A stretch of 64,000 bases of DNA, from positions 2,177,270 to 2,241,269 of the forward strand of contig SMSO01000007.1 of assembly GCA_004764695.1 (NCBI GenBank), written 5' to 3'. This DNA is from Schizochytrium sp. TIO01 (lineage: Eukaryota; Protista; Bigyra: Labyrinthulomycetes). The notes under the pieces were generated by a model, which did not search any database, was not told the DNA's origin, and saw only the letters and a program-made list of their open reading frames with translations. Positions 21,466 to 32,778 of the stretch are shown one piece after another. The stretch's first letter is position 1; each line of letters starts with the position of its first letter. Made by a program: the position numbers and the translations under genes.

Positions 21466-21610
21466 GAGTGAGTGAGTGAGTGAGTGAGGAGTGAATGGGG
21501 AGTGAATGGGTGAGTGAGGGAACGAACGAATAAGTAAATGAACGAATAAATAAATAAATAAATAAACAAAGAAACAAAGAAACAAATAAATTCATTCATT
21601 CATTCATCCA
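21466..21610. repeat. Compound microsatellites (TGAG, AAAT, TTCA)
   Basis: Read directly from the sequence. Confidence 0.85.
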
Positions 21611-22030
21611 TTCCTAAGCGAAGTTGAGAATTGATGGGAGGAAAGCAGTGCCATTCAGGAGGACCTTCAAGACGTCTCGCGCGACTCTTGGCTTCCTCGC
21701 CGCGCTTTGGAAATCAGGGACGGCCAGTCAGTAAAATACACGCTCCGAGATGCTGCTGGCGCTGCTGCCTAGATCTTTGAGGGCTTTGGGCTGCAGGCGC
21801 CAGCTCGATCGAAGCGCTTGGCAGTGCTACCTGGCTGTCGAGTGCTCCGCTATTTTCCAAGCTCCGACTTCACGGCAGCAAAAGCAGCAAAAGCAGCAAA
21901 GCCAAAAAGGACCCGGCGAGGCGCGTGGTCGCTGCTTAACTCGAGCGGGGCCACGGCCTTCGTTGTCGCATGGCTGAGCCCTCGCTCTGCCCAAGCACCT
22001 GCCACGATTGCAGCTTCGACTGCTGTCTTC

Positions 22031-22131
22031 GCAATTGCAATTTGACTGACATTTGCAATTTGACAGGCATTTGCAAATTTGCAATTTGCAATTTGCAATT
22101 TGCAATCTACAATTTGACAGGCATTTGCAAA
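22031..22131. repeat. ATTTGCA/TTGCAA heptamer cluster with a duplicated 22-mer
   Basis: Tandem ATTTGCA units. CAATTTGACAGGCATTTGCAAA occurs at 22056-22077 and 22110-22131. Confidence 0.85.
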
Positions 22132-24369
22132 GCCACATGTGCAAACAATCATGAGGACATCTTTTGCAATGGGTAGTCTACGGCCCCTCCTGCAAGTTCA
22201 AGCTCAAGCTCGCCGGCGTGGGCTGCACGAGCACTGCCTCGAACGCGCGAGGATTCAAGATCCCGATGTGACTGAGGTTTGGTGTGCAATTCAAGATACC
22301 TACTGAAGATGTATTTATTGGGCAGGCAGCGAGCAATTTTGGAGTAGTAATAGCAGTACCTACTTATTTTATTTTAAAGAGCCCTCCGGACGGCTGCCCT
22401 CGTGGACGGCCGGAACAAACGTCAGAAAGCAAGCGAGCACGCTCGGGGATAATCGAAGAAAGACCCAATCACACGCCTCAAACGACCCACCATAGTGGCG
22501 TTGGCAGCGACTTTAGCGAAACTCTGCGAGCTTTGCGTGCTTAGTGGACAGAGATGAACTTGAATTTGACTTCAAGGAATTGACTGATTTTTTAATTTTC
22601 AATTTTGTTTTATTTTATTTTACAAAGTTTTATTTATAAATAAAATTAAAAATTGCTCGCTTGCTGGTGAGTTCGATTCTGGTTATCAGCCAATAATAAG
22701 TAGTAGTTAGCACTGCGTTCTTAGATGGCTGACAATGCTAGGTGGGGACCCCCCGTCTTTCTTTTGGTTCTTTATTGTGCGGCATCCGACTTCTAATCAA
22801 CCACATTGCAATCACTTCCACAGATTTGTAGCCTAACTTTTACAGGTTTCAACATTACGAATGGCTAATTTTTAATCTTTAATTTTTAATTAGAAAAACT
22901 TGAAATGGCGACGTTTTGGTGAACAACTTGGAAAAAACATTAAAGGACAGACTAATAATGCTGATGGGGGGGCTTCTTCTTCTGACTGCTGTACGGCCAC
23001 GTAAACTACTTGAAGCCTTGTGGTTGTCTTGGTTGTATGCTTGGTGATCACAAGACCTTCTCATTCTCTAGAGCACGCACTCTGATGAGTGATCTTTTGG
23101 CATCGTACTACTTCAAGTTGTGATGATTTGGTTGGTAAAATACCACGAGTCACAGCAAAGAAGGTGAGGTGAGAGCTTTTTAGTTTCCTTTTTCTAGCCA
23201 GCAAAGAACGCACTACAACTGTTAGGTGCCGTTCTACGTGAAGTTCTTTTGGCGAATTGCGGAGACTTTTGCAGTTCCATTGACGACAGAAAGAACCGCG
23301 GCGTCAGCGACCATAGTCGAGCATCGGGATAATTATCTAAGCAATGTGAAGACCGAATCAGCCACGAGTCTGAAGTCCTTTACCACGGCGGCGACGACAG
23401 AATTTCTGAAGAAACTTGCAGATCGATCATGCAATTCGAATGTAAATCATGATGGTCAGAGGCAACTCTTAATAAAAAACAAGATTTGCTTTAAACTCTA
23501 TCAAAACAACACTCATTGACGTAGATATGAAACGTGCTACCAAAGTACATAGTCCCATGGCGCATTATGTTTCTCAATTGGCGCCACGGCATTCCACGCG
23601 GCACAGCCACAGATCTGGGGGGTTCGAAAATTGGAGTTTCGCTATGCCAAGAAGGTCAAAGTTTGAAGAGCTCCTGTTTTGGTTTTTGGGTGCCACTACT
23701 CAATAGGTGTTCGCAACACGAGACCTCAGGGGCATTGCTCGCCTTGCCTGCTCGCAGTGCTCGGCGCTGGCAAGCCACTGCGAGCTGAGCTGAGCTGATG
23801 AGTTAATGAGTGCCTACCTACCAGTAGCTATCTTCCTGTTTCTAAAGAACGAAACAACCAAAGTTGGGCGACTCCCACTGGTTTAAATGCAGAACGAACT
23901 TCATCTTGAAGCTGGCATTTATGTCAGCTTGTTTCACTTGCTGCTCATCGTTAAATTTAATAAGCTGTTAAACTCGCATGGGGCCAAGTTTCCCTGTCCC
24001 TCGTGACTTGTATGGCTGCTGTTTTATTGCTTGAAGTTTGTAACATTGAGTTTGTTGATTTGAAGTTTTATCAAAGCAGAAGGATGTGTAGGGTAGGTAG
24101 TTGGGAGAGCGAAATTGTTGCGCTTTGCAAAACGACGGTGTGAAATGCTAAGAATCTTCTCTACCTGCTACTACAATTTATACCCCTTTGAAAAAAAATG
24201 ATGTCACCCAAACCTAGCCTAGCTAAATTTGAAGGATTTCTCGATAATAGGTCACCTACGACACTATCGTCAAATCTGTTATAATCTAGATTATCAGCGT
24301 AGATGCTGTGGCAGTAGTAGTTCATTGAACAAGTTCATATGCTACCACTGGGATATCATAGTACATAGC

Positions 24370-26916
24370 TTATTTGTTATTGTTATTGTTTCGATCTGCG
24401 AGTAAGGCTTGCATTTTGTTCCTATGAGCCTGTTGTGCATAATATTCGAGGACTGACTTCAATGTAGGCATGACTGCCTTTGATGCTCGAGGAGGGGGGT
24501 CTTCCAGGATATCGACCAGAGACAAGCGTAGCTCGCGATACAAGGGATTACTGACAATGGATTTTGGCAAGAATTCCATTTTAGAGCGACTATTTCGCCC
24601 GCCTGTTTCTTCATCCTCATTCTGGTACTCTTCGTCAGAAAACCAGTCAGAATCTTCGTAGTAGGCTACATTTTCTTCATCTGAGCTGATGTATGAGCTA
24701 TCGTCATCAGAGAAGGACTCGTACTCATCATCATCGTATTCCTCTTCGTCTTCTTCCTCCTCCTGATGTTCCTCTTCATCCTTCTGCTCAAGACCCTCGT
24801 CCTCTTTAGGGTCCCCTTCCCTGCCAACATCTTCTCTTCCAACTTCCTCGCTCTCGGTTTGGTTCTTGCCAGTAATTGCACCTAGTTTGTCTCCGAAAAT
24901 ACGGCCAATGCCTTCGCTGATTACGGTAGCTCCTCCCTTGTGTTCTGGTGAAGTGTCTTCTGATTCCTTATTTTTTTCTTTATTAACTTTTTCGGCGGGG
25001 TCGTAGTCCCCATTACGAAGTCCTTGCAAAGCACGGTCAACACGCTTGAAAATCGCCACCATCTCTTTACGATCCTTTTTATAATTTGCTTTGTTACGAT
25101 TCCATATTTTTCGAAGGGTTTTTTTCTCTCGGCGTAAAAGAGCGCGATCTCGATTGTATCTCTTTCTTCGCTTGAGCTCTTCCTTAGGTACTAAAGTATG
25201 CAAAAATGGATATTTTGAATATGATTTGGCATTTGTGGTAAACCCAAGTAAATCATGCTGCTCATAAAGATAACCTGGCAAAGGCTTTTCTTTCTCTGAT
25301 AACATTAGTCGGTCATACACTGTCACGTGAGTATTGCGCGCTTGAATTTGCCCGGCAAGCCAGGTCCCTTGATATTCATAGTCGTGCTTAAGGTAGGTCT
25401 GGCCAGTTGTTCGATCAAACTCAGGTGTAACATTACCATATACCATAGAGCCAGGGCCGCAGCGCTCTCCATCATGAAAGAACCCTTCGTAAATTGTTCC
25501 CCGACGATAAACATATCGAGCGGACCCATGAGGGACACCGCACTCAAAATCTCCATCACATGTGTTGCCTTTGCGGGATCTCCAAGAACCACGCCCGTGC
25601 AGATCTCCATGCTTAAACTCTCCTTCGCAACGTTCACCTGAGGACCTCACAGCAACACCCAGGCCATGCAACATACCATCAACAAAATCACCTGCCATCG
25701 ACTCCTTTGTTCTTGGATTACGATAGGCCCCATGGCCATGTGGGATTCCATACAATAAGTCTCCTTCATATACTGAACCATCAGCTAAACGAAGTACCCC
25801 ATCGGTTCCAACTATTTGGTCATTCTCAAAAAGGCCTTCGTATACATCACCATTGGCAAATACTTGCACACCTTTGCCATGTCTTACGTCGTTTAAAAAC
25901 TCCCCGCGATAGATTCCAACACGATCATAAAGAATGCCATTTCCTTGACGAAGACCCTCACAGAAGTCTCCTTTGTATGAATCCCCTCGTTGCCAGTCAG
26001 TAAAAGCACCTTTACCATGCTTTATGCGTTGAATTATAATACCCCGCATATTAATCTCAAGTTCTGGATCCTGCAGAACTTCACTTTCTGCATCGATCTC
26101 ATCATCCCAGAATGCTTGAGGCTGGCCACGTTTCTCCATTTTATGGAAAACTCTGACCGAAGGCCACTGATCTAGATCGACAGCATTATTCTCTTCCCGC
26201 AATGTACCAAAAACGGCGTACCAGTCTGTGACTTTGCGTTTTTCATCTGTACGCACGAGCTGAACCTTTACCTCAAATTGTTTTCGGCGTGCAATCTCTC
26301 GGTTCAGGCGAAGCGTCGCCCCTTTGAGCTTTCCCTCGAGCTCGTCGCACTTTTTTTGCAGGAGCTTTGTGACACGTAGACGCTCAGCTGCCATGCCCTC
26401 CTCAGATTCCGCATTTGTTTTCATAAAAGGAACATTTTCTAGGCGCTCATTAGTCTGTTTCAGCTCGGCTGTGAGTTCATCATGTTCAGTTTTAGCAACC
26501 ATAAACCGCTCATCGCCACGCTCGATTCCTTTTAGTAACCATGCGATTAGTTCCTTGGAGGATAAATCCGCAGGTGCTCGTTTAATTAATACAATTGTCT
26601 CCCCGTAGTACCATGGGTCTTGTGCATCGTCTGGTGGCAGTTCAACGCGTTCTCGATGATATACAAAATACTTAAGAGGTGGAGGAAGGCAATGCCACAT
26701 GTAGTCATCTGGGAGAATTACGTTTCCCTCAAGATCATGAACATGCTCAACCTCGTCGCCAAAAAGTTTGTTGACAACCTCCTTTTTCAGCCTAAATCGA
26801 GGAATTTCGACCTCAAACCCATCAGACTCGCGCGCGAACAAAATTTTCTCGCGCATAGCCTTGAGGCGCGCTGCGCGGACAGCCTCGGGGGCATTGCCTA
26901 CATACTTCTCCGCCAT
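24370..26916 (-). CDS. 848-aa MORN-repeat protein with N-terminal coiled coil and acidic C-terminal tract
   Basis: About 8-9 MORN repeats of type YxGxFxxGxRHGxG (YKGDFCEGLRQGNG, YRGEFLNDVRHGKG, YEGDLLYGIPHGHG, YEGFFHDGERCGPG). D/E/Y-rich tract near the C-terminus. Confidence 0.9.
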   Translation of the reverse strand: MAEKYVGNAPEAVRAARLKAMREKILFARESDGFEVEIPRFRLKKEVVNKLFGDEVEHVHDLEGNVILPDDYMWHCLPPPLKYFVYHRERVELPPDDAQDPWYYGETIVLIKRAPADLSSKELIAWLLKGIERGDERFMVAKTEHDELTAELKQTNERLENVPFMKTNAESEEGMAAERLRVTKLLQKKCDELEGKLKGATLRLNREIARRKQFEVKVQLVRTDEKRKVTDWYAVFGTLREENNAVDLDQWPSVRVFHKMEKRGQPQAFWDDEIDAESEVLQDPELEINMRGIIIQRIKHGKGAFTDWQRGDSYKGDFCEGLRQGNGILYDRVGIYRGEFLNDVRHGKGVQVFANGDVYEGLFENDQIVGTDGVLRLADGSVYEGDLLYGIPHGHGAYRNPRTKESMAGDFVDGMLHGLGVAVRSSGERCEGEFKHGDLHGRGSWRSRKGNTCDGDFECGVPHGSARYVYRRGTIYEGFFHDGERCGPGSMVYGNVTPEFDRTTGQTYLKHDYEYQGTWLAGQIQARNTHVTVYDRLMLSEKEKPLPGYLYEQHDLLGFTTNAKSYSKYPFLHTLVPKEELKRRKRYNRDRALLRREKKTLRKIWNRNKANYKKDRKEMVAIFKRVDRALQGLRNGDYDPAEKVNKEKNKESEDTSPEHKGGATVISEGIGRIFGDKLGAITGKNQTESEEVGREDVGREGDPKEDEGLEQKDEEEHQEEEEDEEEYDDDEYESFSDDDSSYISSDEENVAYYEDSDWFSDEEYQNEDEETGGRNSRSKMEFLPKSIVSNPLYRELRLSLVDILEDPPPRASKAVMPTLKSVLEYYAQQAHRNKMQALLADRNNNNNK

Positions 26917-28337
26917 TCTCCTTTCCTAACTCAAAGGCCTGATCTGAGCAACTTATTAAACCTCGTTGAGTCTCTTCCTCGAGGTTTTCTCCATCGTTGC
27001 ACTTCGCTCGAAGCCTCAGCCCGCTGCCTTCAATGCGAATTTGTGCGCGAGCTCGCTCTCGGGCGCTCTCGACTTTGCTTAACGGACACCCACGTTTAAT
27101 TGTAATTCCTAACAGTTGTATTAGGAGATTAATTATTTTATATTTTTACTAGGCCGATGTTCAACCTCGTAATCAATGCAAGCTACTTTTTAAGAGCAAG
27201 CATCACGGTACTCGTTTGAGGGTCCATTGTTCATCATGGAGATGTTTAAGTTGCCCAGAGAAGCTGGCTTGGTACCATGGTAATTTATGATCTCTGCTTG
27301 TTCTTGTGATACAAATACATTCGTTCTAATTGTTCCAGGACCTAACAGTCGACTTTAATGTAGCTGACTATAGATCAACAAACTTGATGAGTGCATTTAG
27401 TTGCAAAACAAAGTTCACTTTTGCCCACATGAAGTTGTTTAGGTGGAGATTATTTCTACCGCAAGTATTCTTTGACCCAATGTTTATAAAATCGAGAGAA
27501 AACCAAAGAACCAGATCTACACTTATGCCTTATTATCTATCGCCAATCCACAAAATCTGCATCTTTGAACTAGTCATAAGTAAACTTTTGAATAAATAAG
27601 CTACTCGTGAGTGAACTTCAAAATGAATGTTATGGTTAAATAGGATTCAATGCAAGATGTGCATTTCTCTAGCAATAACGACATCTCTGCGTCTGTTTCT
27701 TAGGCATGAAATATTCTCGATTCATAACTTCAAATTCAACAAGTTATTCTTTATTCACAACTCTGAGTTCGAATTATAGGTTCTGTGATAGCGATACAAT
27801 GTGATTGCTTTACATTGCTAGATCACTTCCGAATAAAGCGCATGGGTTCGTTCTTTGCGTTTCGTTTTAGCCATTTTTGCTAGCCCAAACTCTGATGTAT
27901 TTCCAATCTTTGAAATTGATCACCTTATACCTTCAGATACCACCCCTCGCTAATATTTCCTATGTCAGAAAACTTCTTTCATCATCCTCAACTCAGATTG
28001 TTACATCTTGTGAATCTATAGTTAAGCACATTTGTATAAATGCGTCTGTTTCATGATTATTTTTTCCATACTATCATTATAATAGATACAGACAACATAC
28101 ATACAAGATAGAGAAAGAAGTGACGACGACTTTTGTCCTTTCTAGCAGAGCCCGTTCGCTTGGGTCTGCTTGTGCTGAGCTGCAGGCAGGCAAGCAACCG
28201 GTAGACAGGAGAACAATCAGTCCCTCGTGCGTGCAGTTGCCCTTCACGCAGGCCGCTTTGTCGTAGTCTAAAGGTCCGAGAGGCTTGCGATCATCGAAGT
28301 CCGTGTTTTGATAAAATCAAAAACAACAACAAAAAAC

Positions 28338-30299
28338 ATGAGCGGACCGCCTCCTCTACAACCACCGCAACGTGGGGCGTCACAGTCACGGCAGCCGATA
28401 AATAGGTATCCTGCTACGCCTTTTGTCAGTGGGTCTCCACGTGCTGGCGTCCAGGCCACCTCCTTCGCTAGCTCTGGCGCGTTTCCTTCTTCTTCTACCT
28501 CCAACCCAGCTTCCGGCGCGCCGCAACATCAGAACCAGCCTTTGTCACAACAAGATAACTTCAATCCACTTGCACCTACGCCCATGCAACAACGCCCTGG
28601 CTCTGTTCCTCCTTCGCCCCAGGGCTTCCAGCAGAACTCACAAGTGCAACAGCAGCAAAATCAACAGCAATTTTACACGCAAAACCAAGGCCAGGGTCAA
28701 AACCTGAACTATCAACAACAGTATCAACAACAGCCTCAACAGCAGGTATCATATGGCCAGCCCCAGCAGTTTCCAGGCACGCAGCAGAGTTACGGAACGT
28801 ATGGGCAGGGTCAGAACCAGCAGGGTTCGCAAAATTATGGACAAAATCAACAGTCTCAAGGCCAGCAGGGTCAAGCAAGGCAGGTCTATCAACCACAGCA
28901 GCCGCAGCAACATTTCCTGCAAAGACCGCAAAGTGCGCAAAGTATGTCACCGCCTACGAGGACGACAACAGAGGAAGAACAGTCACTGGCACTTAAGGTT
29001 ATGAGGTTGTATAAACCTCGAATGACCGAAGCACCATTGGGCCTAGGGCTGCATGGATTTCAAGGGCGATCATGGACTCAAGGACCTGCTGGTACGTTGC
29101 TGTTGCCAAGTGGTTTGGGCAAGATTTATATTGGACAGACATTTTCGTGTTACATTAGCGTATGCAATAACGGGCTTTGTGATGCTATTCACAACGTAGC
29201 CATTCGAGCAGAACTAGAGGCAGGTGGAACACGCCATGTGCTACCAGACCGACGCGAAAAAGACAGACAGCAGCAAAAAGTGGAGGGTGTAGATGAAAGC
29301 TCTGATGTCGAAGCAGAGCCCGCAAATGGCTTCAAGGAGGTGGCGCGCCCAGGAGATACCATTGCGTTAGTTATTGATAAAGAATTGGTAAACATTGGCA
29401 TGCATACCCTGCGTGTGAGCGTAGAGTTTGACAGTCAATCAAGTCCGGGATCCAAGCGATCAATCCGCAAGCACTATAAGTTTTCGGTAGAGAAACCAAT
29501 CTCCTTTTCCTGTTTGTTTAGTAAAGTCCACACAGGCACTGAAGAGGATGCTCTAGGCGCGAAAAAACTCCTTGCTCAAGTTACCATCAAGAACCTTACT
29601 GATCGTGATTTGCTTCTTCCACATCTCTCGCTATTGCCTATGTTAAGTGGAATACAATGTCGCTCTCTCAAATTACACGAAGATGAGGATGAGCTGCAGC
29701 AATTGCCTTTAGATAGCCCATCAGGTAAAGTACGCTCCACTCGGAAAATCCCAGTGCCAAGACTAATTCCACCCGGGGGTACCCATAATGAATTATATGA
29801 AGTGGAGGTCGTGACACCTACGGATGAAGCGGGAGCAGCAACGGCAGTAACTCAAATTGAACCTGGTGCGTCTGTTGCACGTATGTTCACCCGCTGGCGC
29901 ACAGACTTTGCAGAGCAAGGTCGTTTGCAATCCCAGCCGCTAATTTGGCGGCCAGAGCGCCCTATGCAAGGCGTTCTTTTATACTTAAAACAACCATTAG
30001 AACCTTTGCGCGTGGGGCAGCCCGCTCAGGTTCATTATGTTGTGAGCAATGCCTCGGATGCAAGTGTTAACGCCCAACTTCGCGTCGATGATGATCCTGA
30101 GGGCAGTTTGCTCTTCACTGGTATGACCACACATGCTCTAGGAGAGCTTATGCCGCGGCAGAATCGCTGTGGAACGTTTTCTGTGCTTCCTCTTCGGGCG
30201 GGTCTTCATGTGGTTTCATGCATTCGTGTTATCGATGCTCGTTCTGCGCAACCTTTACTATTGGCGCCAAGTAACAATAAACTTTTTGTACAGAGCTAA
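28338..30299 (+). CDS. TRAPPC13: Trafficking protein particle complex subunit 13 (DUF974) with Q-rich low-complexity N-terminus (653 aa)
   Basis: LALKVMRL, LLLPSGLGKIYIGQTFSCYISV.N, GMHTLRVSV and RKHYKFSV.KP match the TRAPPC13 pattern. First ATG is at 28338 (aaacATG). Confidence 0.85.
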   Translation: MSGPPPLQPPQRGASQSRQPINRYPATPFVSGSPRAGVQATSFASSGAFPSSSTSNPASGAPQHQNQPLSQQDNFNPLAPTPMQQRPGSVPPSPQGFQQNSQVQQQQNQQQFYTQNQGQGQNLNYQQQYQQQPQQQVSYGQPQQFPGTQQSYGTYGQGQNQQGSQNYGQNQQSQGQQGQARQVYQPQQPQQHFLQRPQSAQSMSPPTRTTTEEEQSLALKVMRLYKPRMTEAPLGLGLHGFQGRSWTQGPAGTLLLPSGLGKIYIGQTFSCYISVCNNGLCDAIHNVAIRAELEAGGTRHVLPDRREKDRQQQKVEGVDESSDVEAEPANGFKEVARPGDTIALVIDKELVNIGMHTLRVSVEFDSQSSPGSKRSIRKHYKFSVEKPISFSCLFSKVHTGTEEDALGAKKLLAQVTIKNLTDRDLLLPHLSLLPMLSGIQCRSLKLHEDEDELQQLPLDSPSGKVRSTRKIPVPRLIPPGGTHNELYEVEVVTPTDEAGAATAVTQIEPGASVARMFTRWRTDFAEQGRLQSQPLIWRPERPMQGVLLYLKQPLEPLRVGQPAQVHYVVSNASDASVNAQLRVDDDPEGSLLFTGMTTHALGELMPRQNRCGTFSVLPLRAGLHVVSCIRVIDARSAQPLLLAPSNNKLFVQS

Positions 30300-32778
30300 A
30301 AAGTAAAGCTCTTTGTAACCGCTAGTGTGTTACTGTTATTCTCTAGAGCCAGTAAACAAACTAATACCTGGCTCATAATGGCATCGCATGCCACGCGTGC
30401 GAATTGTGCAGCATGGGGAAAAACATTCCAATTGTTCGATTAGTGCATTTATCTATACATAGATTTTTCTGGGTATGACATTGACTAGCTCTTGTAAAAC
30501 CTGATGATCGTTTGCACTTCACACCTCTCAGCGCGCATTCATGTTCTTTCACCTTACCACTTTCGTAGTTGGGGCTTTGGTGGGCTTGGCTGTATGAGGC
30601 GTGCACTTAATATGTCAGGCGTTTACTCTACGGCATTATTAAAAAAAAACAATTGCCTGCACAGAATGCTTACCTAAACGAAATGCGGTAGTATATTTTA
30701 TCGCTTTATATCGCTTTAGAGAAGCCATATTGTTGTGCCAGCTGGACTTTACAACAAGATATGGAGTTCTGTCCCAACATAAAGGTTCAGATCAAGATGC
30801 TTACATTTTTTGGTTTTGGCTTTGGTGGGATTGGCGACTTTCTTTGTATACGAAAGCGTTTATAAAAATAATCAGATGGTTTGTCATTTGTAAAATGTAC
30901 CATGGCAAAGTCATCAGCTGTGTGGTTCTATTAAATGCACGAAGAGACTTGATTTCCTCTCTCGGGCTGTCTTCAAACTTCCTGCAGAATGTAACAAGAG
31001 AGTCCGCATTGCACTGCATTCATTCATTTCATCTATATGTGATGAACACCATATTACCTAAGTACCTGAATGAACGAATGTTTACGCACCCACATTTATC
31101 ACAAGCCAACTTAAGCTAAATCAAGCTGAGCCATCGTAACTCATGGGTTACCTAGGTAAGGTATAAAGTTTTCAACCTCTCCATCGAACGGGCCCGCCAT
31201 TTCGAGGGTCAGCTGAGACCCGCGAAGCGTTTCCCGACCAGTGTCATGATTATCTATGACATGTTATACCAGGGTGCTTTCCCTTTGCCAACTCGCACTA
31301 GAACCAAAGATTCTCTTATGTGCATGCGCCTATTCTGCTCAAGGATTGCAAGTTGACTTGCACTTTGGTTTCTCAGGCTCTGGTAAAAGTCAAGCGAGCG
31401 CCAACCCACCGCAAAGTTTGGAACACTAGATCATTTCTACTAACGCACACGAACGCTGTGGAGGACAGGTAAGGCAACCCGCATGGGTGGCGAAGGATGC
31501 TGTTAGGCCTATGCTGCCTCTGAGCCGCTCGCCGCCGTGGCCTATGTGAGCTCACTTGAAGTCTGCAATGCCGTGATCGCGTTCGCGAAGCTGCTGCCTC
31601 AATCGCTGCTGCCTCAATCGCTGCTTGCGAGACGAAGCTGCGCGGAAGAAACGATTGTGCTAGCATTGACTATCGCAAACCATAGTAGTAATGCCCTATC
31701 CAAACGAAAGTTTTCGCCAAATGCCCAAAATACAGAAACTTTATTTGGCGCTGACTTTTAATTAAGTAGAAAAAAAAAAAGAAAAGTAAAAGAAGTAAAA
31801 AGAAAAAGAAAAGAAAGAAAAACTAGAAAATAAAGAAAAGCTAGCATGCAGACTTTCTTTGTCATCCCTCCTTTCCGAGTTTAGGTTGGCACGAACTCCA
31901 GCACAAGTCGGGTCAAGCTGATCAGTAAACGTTGGAGCATGACAGGGTTTGTATTAGTGGCATGAGCGCCTCAACGGAGAAAAAATAAAACCAAGACAGG
32001 TCTCGCGCAAAGGCTTGAAGTAATTTACTCAAAGTTGACGGGAGATATGAACTCCGGGGTCTCGGAAGGATTTTGTGATAGTTGAACCTCTTTCCATTCC
32101 CGAAATTCTTTCTCAAATTAATCGGGTCTCTTGCACTTCCGGGTCTAGGGCACTGAGAAGACGGTCTGGGCTCCCTACGGAGCGCAATTGCTACTGTTGT
32201 GTGAAGCGACCTGCGAGTCTTCGCAAAGGTTGACGTAACTTGTTTGATTCCATCATTGCAAGAGTCCTGTTTTACATGGTGCCTAAGTACCTCCTACCAA
32301 GAGATATTATACATACCCTTGTAAACATCCAAGTGCAAGCCACCACTTCAGAATATGCATTCCAAGTCGCTGGTAGAGAGTGCAGCGAACTTACAAACGG
32401 GCTACTGATAACAAACAAGAAGGATCCAAGAAGAAATCAGAAAGTCTGCCGAAGCCCGCATGGCACTGAAAAGCAGCGATCACTGCGCTCTCTCGGAATG
32501 TAGTGGAATGGCGATATACGGGAAACGCTACGAGCCATCAAAAGATTAAAAACGAGAAGTAAAGAAAACAAAAGTTTTCAGTTTTCATCGAGGAAAACAT
32601 CTTGGCACGCCAAACCACGCTTGACAGCAGACCACAATTGACTCTGCAGCCAGCACGCCAGCTCGCAGGTCTTCGCTTTCTTGGATCGGTGTCCACGCGT
32701 ACTCTCCTCGCAGTTCACTTAACTTCGTTCGTTCGCGGTCTCTAGTTTCCCATCTCCGTCTCTCAATCCATCACAGTC

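Noticed and set aside
22668-22735. GTTCGATTC (tRNA T-loop/B-box-like) and a TCAGCCA/TGGCTGA stem
   Set aside because: No cloverleaf or A-box upstream, and a 7-bp stem is insufficient to call an ncRNA.
23226-23460. ADAAVLSVV peptide on the - strand, reminiscent of GTPase strands
   Set aside because: Short and stop-bounded, with no P-loop or other G motifs nearby.
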